Virus record (IMG/VR): IMGVR_UViG_3300027793_000063
Span: 32,001 to 96,000 of that record
Strand: one strand, 5' to 3'
Length of the DNA: 64,000 bases
Origin: a virus
Taxonomy: Duplodnaviria > Caudoviricetes
Position numbers and translations under genes: made by a program. Below, in pieces: positions 1 to 9,000 of this stretch (position 1 is its first letter; each line of letters opens with the position of its first letter). The notes under the pieces were generated by a model that was given only the letters and a program-made list of their open reading frames with translations, was not told the DNA's origin and searched no databases.

Positions 1-1034
1 TCAGCGTCGCGCAGGATCTTCGGCGTGTCGGACCGGGTGTGGATGAGGTTGTAGAGCTGGTGCGGAGACCAGAGCTTCCCGGTGACGTCCGGCAGGCAGG
101 CGGTGTCGTAGAACACACCGTAGGCGACAGAGCCGCCGCCGGCGTATTCCTCCACAAAGTTCCGCGCCTCCTGGCGGTTGAGCTTCTTCTTGTTCGATGC
201 GCTCCTGATGCCCTCTTCCTTCAGCAGCTGCGCGATCTTTTTCCAGCGCGCACAGCGGCGCAGCACCTGGTTGCGGGCGAAGTTGACGCTGACTTCCTGC
301 CGAATGACGATCACCCCCTCGAGTCCGAATTCCGACAACGGCAGGGACTCGACAAAGACGCCCTGCTGGTAAACGTCCAGCCCGGTGCCGTTGCGGTAGC
401 GGTGTTCGACCACTTTCTTCTTGATGTAGGCGAGGTCGTTGACCACGTCCCACTTCAGCGTGGCCGGGTCCGTCGCGACACTCTTGCCGTTGACGACCAG
501 GTTGCGGTCGGTGTAGCGGCAGAACTTCGTGATCTGGTCCACGGTGTGCTGGATGTCGCGCAGGGACAACGCATCGTAGAGTTCGATCTCGACGATGCAA
601 CCGGGCTGGTCGGGGTGTCCCTCTTCGTAGTCGTAGTCGAGGCCCCATTTGTCGACGTCGGTGATCATCCTGAAGTTGGCCGAGCGCCAGGTGTTCTTTC
701 CGAACGCGAACATCTGCCCGCGTCCGATGCGGAACTTGCCGAACACGGTGTCCTTGGCGAAGCCTTCGTCGTCCATGGGGTGCGGGTTGCCGAACTCCTC
801 GAATACGTCCTTGACGATCTGCCCGGCGAAGCCCCTGCCGTCGTCCGTGATGCGGACCAGCTTGGTCGTGATGGTGACCGCGATGTTCTTCGCGGCCTGG
901 TCAATGGAGTTCATGACCCCTTCCAGAATGGCTTTGGCGATGGTGCCGGCCTGCGATTTGATGACCTGGAGGACCAGGTTGCTGTGCGCGCGCATGGTGC
1001 GGCGCTCTGTCTTAATAGGAGATGTTGCTGTCAT
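1..1034 (-). CDS. GHKL (Hsp90/MORC/MutL-like) ATPase domain protein, 3'-truncated by window edge
   Basis: Absent from the ORF track because no stop falls in the window. Manual translation from ATG at 1034 gives MTATSPIKTERR...AILEGVMNSIDQAAK (N-box)...ITDDGRGF (G1 box)...FGKFRIGRG (G2 box). AAC-rich leader upstream. Confidence 0.8.
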   Translation of the reverse strand, partial: MTATSPIKTERRTMRAHSNLVLQVIKSQAGTIAKAILEGVMNSIDQAAKNIAVTITTKLVRITDDGRGFAGQIVKDVFEEFGNPHPMDDEGFAKDTVFGKFRIGRGQMFAFGKNTWRSANFRMITDVDKWGLDYDYEEGHPDQPGCIVEIELYDALSLRDIQHTVDQITKFCRYTDRNLVVNGKSVATDPATLKWDVVNDLAYIKKKVVEHRYRNGTGLDVYQQGVFVESLPLSEFGLEGVIVIRQEVSVNFARNQVLRRCARWKKIAQLLKEEGIRSASNKKKLNRQEARNFVEEYAGGGSVAYGVFYDTACLPDVTGKLWSPHQLYNLIHTRSDTPKILRDA

Positions 1035-1085
1035 GTTGTTGTTGTTGTCGTGGTTGCTATTTTCCTCGTTGTAGGCTGTCGGCTG

Positions 1086-1562
1086 TCAGCCTTCGTCTTT
1101 TCGCGCGGCGGTCCTGTCCGCGCAGATCGGGCATTCGCCGTCCCATCCGTCCCCGTTGCCCGCGTAGGGCTCGAAGCAGGTGCGGCAGTAGTCGTCGGGA
1201 CTGTCCTGGTATCGCTGCTCCACCCACTCCAAGTATTCCAGCTTGGTCTCGCCAGCCTGCGTCTCGTGCAACCAGTCGGCCACTGGATGTCCCGGGATCT
1301 CAGCGGGGAGGCTGTAAATGACCGGCGGCCAGACAGCGCGTTCTATATCCAGCGCCTCGATGTCAGCGTCCTCGATGCTGTGCTGGTCGCCCATGAGAAC
1401 CACTTTGCTCCAGTTCTCGCACGTCTGCGCCGGACACAGTAGCGCATAGTCGTACGGCACCTTCGGCGGAGTCCCGTATGCGAGCATTAGCTTGCCGCAC
1501 TTCGGACAAGCGTGGTCAAACCACTCACACCGCTGCTGTTGCTCAATTTCGTTGCGTTTCAT
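1086..1562 (-). CDS. hypothetical protein with CxxC zinc-ribbon motifs
   Basis: 158-aa ORF with CPKC, CRTC and CPIC; fits the minus-strand gene tiling. Confidence 0.65.
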   Translation of the reverse strand: MKRNEIEQQQRCEWFDHACPKCGKLMLAYGTPPKVPYDYALLCPAQTCENWSKVVLMGDQHSIEDADIEALDIERAVWPPVIYSLPAEIPGHPVADWLHETQAGETKLEYLEWVEQRYQDSPDDYCRTCFEPYAGNGDGWDGECPICADRTAARKDEG

Positions 1563-1568
1563 ATCATA

Positions 1569-1982
1569 TCACGGAACGACCGGCGGGCCGTATCTGTCGC
1601 TCGTCAGCATATACTCCACCGTCTGGCGGAGGGCCGGCAACTGTCCGGCCTCTTCCACGGCGTCCAGGTGCGCTCCCTTGCCGTGGCTGGCCGCGACCGC
1701 GTGGAACTCCGTGCGCTTGTGATGCTCGTGGTAGACCATGACCCACATCTTGTGGAAGTCCATCCCGGTCTGGTCACACAGGACGCCGACGAGACGTTTC
1801 ACGGACCTGCGCATCTCTTTCATCTCGTCGTCCACCATGGACTTCGTCTCCGGGTTGCTGCCGTCCATGGCTTTCGCCAGTTCGGCCGTCGCTGTTTCCA
1901 GCTTCGTCATCGCCGTGGTCACCGCATCGCGGGCCTCGGTGAAGTTCATCAGCAGTTGTTTCGGCGCCGTTTTCTTTTTCAT
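1569..1982 (-). CDS. hypothetical helical protein
   Basis: Start refined to MKKKTAPKQ (ATGA overlap with upstream ORF). Confidence 0.65.
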   Translation of the reverse strand: MKKKTAPKQLLMNFTEARDAVTTAMTKLETATAELAKAMDGSNPETKSMVDDEMKEMRRSVKRLVGVLCDQTGMDFHKMWVMVYHEHHKRTEFHAVAASHGKGAHLDAVEEAGQLPALRQTVEYMLTSDRYGPPVVP

Positions 1983-2194
1983 CGTGGTGTTTTCTTTGTG
2001 GCTGCGTAGCGATCGAAGTTGTAGCCGCTTCCGTCTTTGTATTTCTTGACGCGAAGCAGCTCGCCCAGCGCCTCTCTGTTGGTATTGTGGTTCGAGCCGC
2101 GGCAGCAACCGCAGCCCTCGCTACTCATGTAACGCGCAACCGCTGCCCTTACTTCCGCCAGGTCTACCATCGGTTTCTCGTGGTGTCTTTTCAT
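1979..2194 (-). CDS. hypothetical protein
   Basis: 71-aa ORF with 4-nt overlaps at both ends. Confidence 0.6.
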   Translation of the reverse strand: MKRHHEKPMVDLAEVRAAVARYMSSEGCGCCRGSNHNTNREALGELLRVKKYKDGSGYNFDRYAATKKTPR

Positions 2195-3243
2195 TGTGTG
2201 ATCTCGATGGGTTTGACCTCTTCAGGGACGGGCTGTCCGACGCTTGCGCAGATCTCTTTCCCGCTGAAGTTGTTGATGAGCAGGACGGTCAAGTCCCTTT
2301 TGTCGGCCCACACCGGCGATTTCATTTTGCCCGTCTCCCTGTCCGACACCTGCCATAGACCGAAGCACTGCCTGTATCTGCCCGTCATCATGAACCCGTC
2401 CGGCGTTTTGACGTTGATCGTCCAGCCCGTGGCGTCCAACGGATCCTTCAGCCGCGCAAGCAGCGTCTCCAGTTGCTTCAAGACGATGCCGTCCGTCAGC
2501 TTCTTGAACGTCGCCGGTCGCTTGATTTTGTGCTCGCCCCATTCGACGAGCAATACCCATCCCTCTGTGGCGTCGCCGGACAACTTCCACCCGAAGTTGA
2601 TACTGCGTTTTCCGTGGGGTCCCTCGACGAGTGTCCACACCGTTATGCGCCCGTCGAACCCAAACGGCATGTCGACGTCGACCGACCGAGTCTTCGGATG
2701 CTTGCTGATGCACTCCGGGAACTTCGCCTTCAGCCGGCAGGTGATCTCCTGAGCGTCCACCTTGGGTTTGTCCTTCCTGGTGACGGTCTTCACCAGGACG
2801 CTCAGATGCACCCATTCGTCGACGTGCTCGGTGCTGACGAACACGTAGGGCGACAGCGCGCGGATCGCTCTGGCGTGCGCCCGCATGCTGTCGATGATCT
2901 CCGGCGCGGGCTCGTCGTCGCCGGCCCCGCGGCGGTCGGATGCTGTCAGCCGGATGGTGCCGTCGCTTCCGACTTCGTCGTCGTCGATGCCGAGCCGCGG
3001 CTTCAGGTAAGCGCGCACTTGTTCGGCGATTTTCAACTGGGTTGCGTTAGGACTGTGTGATGTTTGGATCTTCATGCTTCTGTCGGTATTTCTCATGGTT
3101 TTTGTGGGTTTGGGTTTCACTGGTCCTCCCGGGTCGTCCGCGAACGGGCTGCAGTTGCACTTCGCGCCGGCGATCTTCACCCAGTAGGCGGCGTGGCCGC
3201 AGCGGGCACACTTGTCGTGCCGCTGCGCCTCGTCCTTCGTCAT
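2191..3243 (-). CDS. hypothetical protein
   Basis: Long ORF; start uncertain (MTKDEAQ at 3243 or a later ATG near 3075-3096). Confidence 0.6.
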   Translation of the reverse strand: MTKDEAQRHDKCARCGHAAYWVKIAGAKCNCSPFADDPGGPVKPKPTKTMRNTDRSMKIQTSHSPNATQLKIAEQVRAYLKPRLGIDDDEVGSDGTIRLTASDRRGAGDDEPAPEIIDSMRAHARAIRALSPYVFVSTEHVDEWVHLSVLVKTVTRKDKPKVDAQEITCRLKAKFPECISKHPKTRSVDVDMPFGFDGRITVWTLVEGPHGKRSINFGWKLSGDATEGWVLLVEWGEHKIKRPATFKKLTDGIVLKQLETLLARLKDPLDATGWTINVKTPDGFMMTGRYRQCFGLWQVSDRETGKMKSPVWADKRDLTVLLINNFSGKEICASVGQPVPEEVKPIEITQ

Positions 3244-3260
3244 CGGTCGTGTCTGGTAGA

Positions 3261-3785
3261 TCACAGCAGTCCGAGCGCCATCATGTCCGTGTCGATGAGC
3301 CCTGCCGTCAGGTCTGCGTAGTTCGCGTCCTCGGGTTTGGCCGCCATAACTTCCTCCCGGCAAGGATCGCACATGGTCAGCGTCCCAGTGACTCGCTTTG
3401 CGTCCCGGTGACCACAGTAGTCGCACTCGTATTCCCCCGGCTTGGGCGTGCGCTTCCCATACATGCGCCTGGCGTGCTCTAAATCGCGGTTCGCTTGCTC
3501 AAAGTCGGGGTCTTGTCCGACTTTACTGTCCCGCATCAGACGCCCTAGTATGCGGTAGTGATCCTTCAGGAAGTGCAACTGCGCCAGACAGTATTCTGCC
3601 CAGAACTCTGAACCCATCGGCATCCCTTCGCGCTCGAACGCGTCCAACAGCGCGTTGAGCTGCTTATCAGCATCCACCATACGCGCCAGCCGGTAATGCG
3701 ACCTCGGGAAGAGCGCCTCGACGGTCATTGCTGCTTGTCGCCGGCAGCGTTCCTTGTCCTCGTCGTTTTTGGATTGTCGCTTCAT
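3261..3785 (-). CDS. hypothetical protein with C-terminal CxxC...CxxC
   Basis: Start refined to MKRQSKN (ATGA overlap); CDYC and CDPC motifs. Confidence 0.6.
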   Translation of the reverse strand: MKRQSKNDEDKERCRRQAAMTVEALFPRSHYRLARMVDADKQLNALLDAFEREGMPMGSEFWAEYCLAQLHFLKDHYRILGRLMRDSKVGQDPDFEQANRDLEHARRMYGKRTPKPGEYECDYCGHRDAKRVTGTLTMCDPCREEVMAAKPEDANYADLTAGLIDTDMMALGLL

Positions 3786-4018
3786 GCCACATCCTCCGCA
3801 GGGCGCGGCGATACCAGCGTCCAGTCTCGCAGGATGCTCTTGCACGACTTGACGAAAGCCATCGGCGCAAATCTCGGGTCGTCGGCATACCGATAGTAGC
3901 AAACAGCCAAGCCTTCGTCGATGTAGACGATACGGATTGTCGTGTTAGGATTGTTGTCGTCCGGGTTGCGATATCGCTGTCCGACGACGACTTCGGACGG
4001 CGCTTCCGTTTGTTTCAT
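3782..4018 (-). CDS. hypothetical protein
   Basis: 78-aa ORF overlapping both neighbours by 4 nt. Confidence 0.55.
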   Translation of the reverse strand: MKQTEAPSEVVVGQRYRNPDDNNPNTTIRIVYIDEGLAVCYYRYADDPRFAPMAFVKSCKSILRDWTLVSPRPAEDVA

Positions 4019-6129
4019 TTGTAGATGTGTTCAACTTTTGGCCACACGTTGGAGTTCTGCGAATACCACGCCAAGCCGAGGGCTCGAGACACGCCGCGGC
4101 TGACACTGTTTCCGATGGCCCTAATGATCTCAGTCTTTGTGCAATGGCTCCATTTCATATCGTCTGGAAAGCCCATCGCGCGCTGCAGCTCCAGTGGCGT
4201 CAGCATGCGATAGAACAGGTCGATCTTGATCAGCTTCCCGTCCAGTTCGATCACCGGGTAGACCAGGGCGTGCCCGGCCTTGGTGCGCACGGTCGGCAGC
4301 GGCTCGTCGATCGACTTCCCCTCCGAGCCGTTGCTGTAGTAGACGTAGATCCACGGCTTGGCGTCGACCTTGCCCCGGCGCTTCAGCTCCGCCACCAGAT
4401 GGTTGAGGAACGTGGTGGCGCGCGAGGTGTCCACGCCCTTCTCGCTGCACGCGTGAAGGAACCGGTCTGACACCACCTCGAGCTCGACCTCGATGCAGGT
4501 CTGGCTCGCCTTGGTCACGATTGTGCGGACCGGGGCGTCGACCGGGTAGGTCCCGTCGTTGCCCCTGGCGCCGCCTGTCTGGTCGATGGCGAACATGAAC
4601 GCCTCGGCGATGGCCTGGTGGCTGCCGCCGGCCGTGGAGGTGCGCAATGGATCGTCCACGCTCTTGCAGACGCCGGTGCCGCGCTGGTTGTCCGGCATGG
4701 CGATCTCGGGCTGCATCACGTAGTGCCCTTGGGACGTCGTAAGCGACGTCAGGGGGCTGTCGATGCTCTGAGCGGTGCTCTGACCCTTCAGCTGGACGAT
4801 CGACGGCTCCACGAGGCCCTCACCGGTCATGGTGGTGGTCACCGTGCTAACCGGTGTGTCGACGCCCTTCACCCAGTCCTTTTTGCTGCCGGCATGGTGC
4901 GGGATGATGTAGGCCTCTGACCTCACGACGCCGCCGGCGCCGTGGCTCGTAACCGTGGGTACCGGGTCGTCCACGCTGTGCGTCCTGGGCTCTTGGCCTG
5001 GGGCTTCGCCGAAGTTCGGCGTGATGAATTCCCCTTCAGCCTTCACCAGTCCGCGCTCACCCTTTGCGGTGAACGTCTGGAGCGGCTGGTCCACGTCGTG
5101 CACACGACGATCACAGTCCGACGCCTTCGGGCTGCCATGAGCCGAGCTGATCAGGAACTCGCGCAGTCCGTATTTCACCAACCCGATGGCCAGGCGGCGG
5201 AACGTATTGTCAGCGAGGTTTTTGTTCCTCGTAAACACGCTCAGGCCCTTCAACTCCCACTGAATGACGCTGGTCCGAGCGGTACGCCAGTCCATCGGAC
5301 GCCCGTGCCCGGTGCCGCGCTCCCCGGCGTAGGGGTCCGGCCAGACGATCTTCTTACCTGAATCCTTGCGGACGAAGTAGACGAACAGCCTCTGGCGGAT
5401 GGTGGGGTCACCGTAGTCAGCGGACTTGAGGACGCGGTAGTCGGACTCGTATCCCAGCGCCTGCATCTCGGCGATCCATGCCTGGAAGTATTCGCCGCGG
5501 CGCTCCTTGTCCGGCACCTCGTAGGGTTGGTAGCCGGCAGCCTTCATGCGCTTGCCCCAGTCTGTCTCGGTCTCTTTCGCCCGTCGGCGCTCCTTTTTCC
5601 GCAACTTTACTGGTCGGCCCTTCCGAGCCCACATGAGTTCGTCCACGATTGGTGGACCCGCCTTCTCCGGCCAACGCTTCTGGATCACAGGGCCATAGGT
5701 CAGAAATTCTCTCACGTTCTCACATATCACAGCTTCAGGACGCAAGTGGCGCACCCAATCGACTACGCTGAAGGCGTGACTTCTGCCTTGCTCAGTCACG
5801 CAGGTTGCTCCCCTGGCCACGCTGAAATGAACGCAGCTCGGACTAGCCCAAAGCAGGCTGCAATTTGTACCGTGCGGAAACACAGCGACCGGATCTAACA
5901 AAAACAGATCCTCCATGATATGCCGGTGCTCAGGGTGGTTAGCTTGGTGAATCTCAATAGCCTTGTCCCAGTGATTGACGAATGTTCCGCGCACGTCGCG
6001 TTGCAGTATGACGTTGGCATCGAGCAGGCCACCACCTGAACCACCACAGCCGCAGTAGAGGTCAACTAGGTTATCACGCCGATCGTCAACTTGCCTCTCT
6101 GACAGCACTATCAGATTGTTTTCTCGCAC
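4015..6129 (-). CDS. DNA (cytosine-5) methyltransferase with internally repeated variable region
   Basis: Motif I DLYCGCGG, catalytic ASPSC, ENV (motif VI), YGDPTIRQRLF (VIII), RMLTPLELQRAMGFP (IX), IGNSV (X). Confidence 0.92.
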   Translation of the reverse strand: MRENNLIVLSERQVDDRRDNLVDLYCGCGGSGGGLLDANVILQRDVRGTFVNHWDKAIEIHQANHPEHRHIMEDLFLLDPVAVFPHGTNCSLLWASPSCVHFSVARGATCVTEQGRSHAFSVVDWVRHLRPEAVICENVREFLTYGPVIQKRWPEKAGPPIVDELMWARKGRPVKLRKKERRRAKETETDWGKRMKAAGYQPYEVPDKERRGEYFQAWIAEMQALGYESDYRVLKSADYGDPTIRQRLFVYFVRKDSGKKIVWPDPYAGERGTGHGRPMDWRTARTSVIQWELKGLSVFTRNKNLADNTFRRLAIGLVKYGLREFLISSAHGSPKASDCDRRVHDVDQPLQTFTAKGERGLVKAEGEFITPNFGEAPGQEPRTHSVDDPVPTVTSHGAGGVVRSEAYIIPHHAGSKKDWVKGVDTPVSTVTTTMTGEGLVEPSIVQLKGQSTAQSIDSPLTSLTTSQGHYVMQPEIAMPDNQRGTGVCKSVDDPLRTSTAGGSHQAIAEAFMFAIDQTGGARGNDGTYPVDAPVRTIVTKASQTCIEVELEVVSDRFLHACSEKGVDTSRATTFLNHLVAELKRRGKVDAKPWIYVYYSNGSEGKSIDEPLPTVRTKAGHALVYPVIELDGKLIKIDLFYRMLTPLELQRAMGFPDDMKWSHCTKTEIIRAIGNSVSRGVSRALGLAWYSQNSNVWPKVEHIYK

Positions 6130-6790
6130 TTTGTAATTTCTTATGAGTTAGATACCAGCTATACGCCTCCTCCGGTGTCGCGAACTGTTGCGACTCCAGT
6201 CTCTTTCCGCTTACTAATATGCGCGCCTTATAGGCAGATCGTCTCTTTTTGACGCCTGGGTAGCCTGTTTTGTTAGACTGCGGTTTAGGCTTGAATCCGC
6301 AGCCTTTTTTAGCTTTGGGTCGCGTCGGCGTATGCAACGCTTTTTCTAGTGACCAGTTTAACGGCGCGCTCAAGCGCTTCTGCACTGCGGCGTAACTGAT
6401 TCCTGCCAATTCGCACGCTTCGGCTAAGCACATAGTCAACCCGCGGAATACTATCATGCGAGATGAGCGCCTATTGCGGGAGTTCACCTTACGACTCACC
6501 CATCTGCAGTTATGTCTGTCGTATCCTAGCTCGTTATCCCGCCTGTCGATTTCGTGTCCTGCGCTCGGCTTCCTGCCCATATCGGACAGAAAAGCGTCGA
6601 AGTCTGTCAACCATTCGGCGCACACTTTGATTCCTCGCCCTCCATAATTGTCCCACGCGGGGTCAGTGGGACGCGTGCACCGATTTACCAGCCCTCGCCA
6701 AATGCGATACTCCTGCGTGTAAGATTGTCCATGTTTGCATGCTCTTGGTGGTTGAGCTTCTGGAGGTGTGATCTCTATCATGGTCCCCAT
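6086..6790 (-). mobile_element. free-standing HNH homing endonuclease with C-terminal AP2-like DNA-binding domain
   Basis: EYRIWRGLVNRC...YGGRGIKVCAEW...F.AF.SDMG...HEIDRRDN.LGY...NCRW; C-terminal SNKTGYPGV...YKARI...FATPEEA; visibly lower GC than flanks. Confidence 0.85.
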
Positions 6791-6843
6791 TACGCATCTC
6801 GTAGCGTTAAATGCAAGAGTTATTTAATTGGGGCTCTAGTCGA

Positions 6844-7104
6844 TCATTTCGACTTCCTCCTCGCCTGACGCAGGGCCGGTAGGATTTTTCCGTTCGCGCA
6901 CATCCAGCGTCTGCCCGTGTAATTCATCGCGCGCGACATCAGCGTTCCCATGTCTACGGCACCAGCGCAAGGGTATCCTCCATCGTGGGACTTGTAGCTG
7001 AACGCGGTCGCCGGTTTACCGTTGTAAGGCTTCCAGCTGCGCCCAGTCCACATGTGGATATCCGTCGCGCCCTTCGGCGGGCGGCAGAGTTTCGACTTTT
7101 TCAC
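6844..7104 (-). CDS. hypothetical protein
   Basis: GTG start at 7104 overlapping the upstream TGA. Confidence 0.5.
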   Translation of the reverse strand: MKKSKLCRPPKGATDIHMWTGRSWKPYNGKPATAFSYKSHDGGYPCAGAVDMGTLMSRAMNYTGRRWMCANGKILPALRQARRKSK

Positions 7105-7373
7105 GGCTTCACCCCCATCCGCCGCAGGTGCATCTCCGCGTCCATCTTGGCACGCTCCCAGTCTGCCCACGCGTCTGGGTAGCCGGTCTTGTCGAAGCAC
7201 TCGTTCGCGTAGTTGACCTCCTCGATGAGGGCTTTCGACACGGTGATGAGGGCGTCGTGCGAGTCGTTCATGCGTCCGCCGCGGGCCGACCGCAGGGCAG
7301 CCTCGAACTTGTTCTTCTTGGTGGTCAGCCGGGTCTTGAGGCGGCGATACTGCGACTGGTCGAAGTCGCTCAT
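7101..7373 (-). CDS. hypothetical protein, paralog of 7370..7633
   Basis: 90 aa; shares F-x-x-TGYP...WE...AE..(L/M)R.(M/L)G with its neighbour. Confidence 0.7.
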   Translation of the reverse strand: MSDFDQSQYRRLKTRLTTKKNKFEAALRSARGGRMNDSHDALITVSKALIEEVNYANECFDKTGYPDAWADWERAKMDAEMHLRRMGVKP

Positions 7374-7633
7374 ACGGTTGCCCCCAGACTGCGCATTTGC
7401 TGCTCCGCCGTCGCCCGGCCCGTCTCCCAGCGTTCCAACTTCTCGGACGTCGGGTAGCCGGTCTCGGCGAAGGCCTCCACTGCCCGCCAGAACGCGCGAA
7501 TGAACTCTCGGGCGGCCCGTATGACGGCACGCACGGTCGCCGCGCTCCGGCTGACTGTAGTCTGATGCACAGCTTGGAGGAGCTGCGCGTGCGATGCGTT
7601 GAGACGGGATTCGATTTGTTTGTGCTTTTTCAT
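7370..7633 (-). CDS. hypothetical protein, paralog of 7101..7373
   Basis: 87 aa; preceded by a (CCAA)n leader. Confidence 0.7.
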   Translation of the reverse strand: MKKHKQIESRLNASHAQLLQAVHQTTVSRSAATVRAVIRAAREFIRAFWRAVEAFAETGYPTSEKLERWETGRATAEQQMRSLGATV

Positions 7634-7687
7634 GGTTGGTTGGTTAGTTGGCTTGGTTGGTTGGTTCCTCTTTGGTATTCATACCGG

Positions 7688-7918
7688 TCACGCGACCTCT
7701 TTCACGTAGACATTGGCGTACTCGGCCGGGCATCGCACCACGAAGGTCGACGGCACCGCCTGTCTGAACTTCTCGGGCCACACGGACGGCATCCTTACCC
7801 ACTCGTCCCGCTTCTTCGGCGAGTTAAAGTGGACTACCTCCGTCCGCATTCCGCCGCTGGTGTAGTAGCAGTCGCTCCCGAAGGGCGACTCGTAGCACCT
7901 GATGGCTTAGTATTTCAT
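7688..7918 (-). pseudogene. small gene with premature TAA at codon 4 (MKY*AIRCYESPFG...KEVA)
   Basis: The ATG at 7918 lies 4 nt after the upstream stop. The frame stays open for 72 codons after the TAA (7907-7909) and fills the intergenic gap. Confidence 0.55.
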
Positions 7919-7922
7919 AAGC

Positions 7923-8507
7923 CTAGTTTGCTGGGTCCTCTTTGTCCGGATACAGTCCGCGCTTCTCGTCGCGCCGCTGCTCCTCGATCACTGCCGCTCT
8001 GCGGTCCGCCACGTCGCGCTCGGCCTCAGCGCGGTCCGTATAGACGATCCCTCGGCAGTCGCCCTGCGTGGTCATGTAGGCCAGTTCGTTCTGCGCCTCG
8101 TCCACGCTTGTGAACGTCTCGATCACGCCGGTGCCGGCCCACACAACGTAGGCGCTCGGCTCCTCCGGATCTTCGGACAGCACGGTGTCGTAGTATTCGG
8201 TGGCATCCCACGCCAGGCCCTCCATGGATACGAGCTTCACACCGTGCCTGCGCAAGATGGTCACAAACTCCTCGTCGTTCTGCGGCTGTGCGAGGAGCAA
8301 GTCGCCGATGTTGAGATCCTCTCTGGACGTCCCCCAGACCTCCCGCCCGGCTTGGGTGTCGTCGACCCACTCGGTAATCCCGCGCTTGAACATCTCCATC
8401 GCGTCCGTGCTGGAGGCAGTCTCGTCGTCGGTCTCCAGGATAAGCACGGCGGCGTTCGTCATGCCTGCCATCCCCTGCCTGGTGAACAGAATCGTGTGCT
8501 TCTTCAT
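7923..8507 (-). CDS. hypothetical acidic protein
   Basis: Start refined to MKKHTIL (ATGA overlap). Confidence 0.65.
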   Translation of the reverse strand: MKKHTILFTRQGMAGMTNAAVLILETDDETASSTDAMEMFKRGITEWVDDTQAGREVWGTSREDLNIGDLLLAQPQNDEEFVTILRRHGVKLVSMEGLAWDATEYYDTVLSEDPEEPSAYVVWAGTGVIETFTSVDEAQNELAYMTTQGDCRGIVYTDRAEAERDVADRRAAVIEEQRRDEKRGLYPDKEDPAN

Positions 8508-8827
8508 GATTTGTTCGGTTTCGGCAGCTTCTGCAGCAGCACATCGGACGCCGCCGCGAGCCTTGCCATCTGGCCCATAGTCCTCGCATTGGCGAAGCCC
8601 CGGAGAAGTCGCAGCATCTTCGGGATCGCCAGGATCAGCTTGATGTTCGCGCGGTCCTCGTTCGTCATGACGCGCTCGTCCATGTTTCCATCCGCCCGCC
8701 CGGACGCCACATGGGCAGCGCACACGTCCAGCTTGACGTTTCCGATGTCCACGCCGGCCAGGTTGCCGTCGTCGTCGCGCACCTCGACAGCCTTCCATGG
8801 GAACGGAGTGTGTCCGGAGCGGCTCAT
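8504..8827 (-). CDS. hypothetical phage protein
   Basis: HTPFPW...ANIKLILAIPKML resembles a common small phage protein pattern (HTPGPW...ANARLIAAAP). Confidence 0.7.
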   Translation of the reverse strand: MSRSGHTPFPWKAVEVRDDDGNLAGVDIGNVKLDVCAAHVASGRADGNMDERVMTNEDRANIKLILAIPKMLRLLRGFANARTMGQMARLAAASDVLLQKLPKPNKS

Positions 8828-9000
8828 TTCGAGTCCTCCACGTTCCAGTCGGTTACTTGGAAGTCCTCGACGCTGGCTTTATCCCCGCAGTTCAGTTCCA
8901 GGTGCAGCTCCGCTGAATCCATGACCTCAGACACTTCGACACCTTCGTCGACGCGCAGCTTCAGGGTGGTCGACACCGTGAGAAAGACGTCGCGCGTCAT
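8824..9000 (-). CDS. hypothetical protein
   Basis: 58 aa, ATGA overlaps. Confidence 0.55.
   Translation of the reverse strand: MTRDVFLTVSTTLKLRVDEGVEVSEVMDSAELHLELNCGDKASVEDFQVTDWNVEDSK

Noticed and set aside
1-648. ORF-track 215-aa minus-strand ORF
   Set aside because: Arg-rich alternative frame overlapping the GHKL ATPase frame.
6790-6816. Promoter upstream of the HNH gene (TTGCAT...CGTAAT)
   Set aside because: The -10 match is weak at any spacing, so it is not supported well enough to list.
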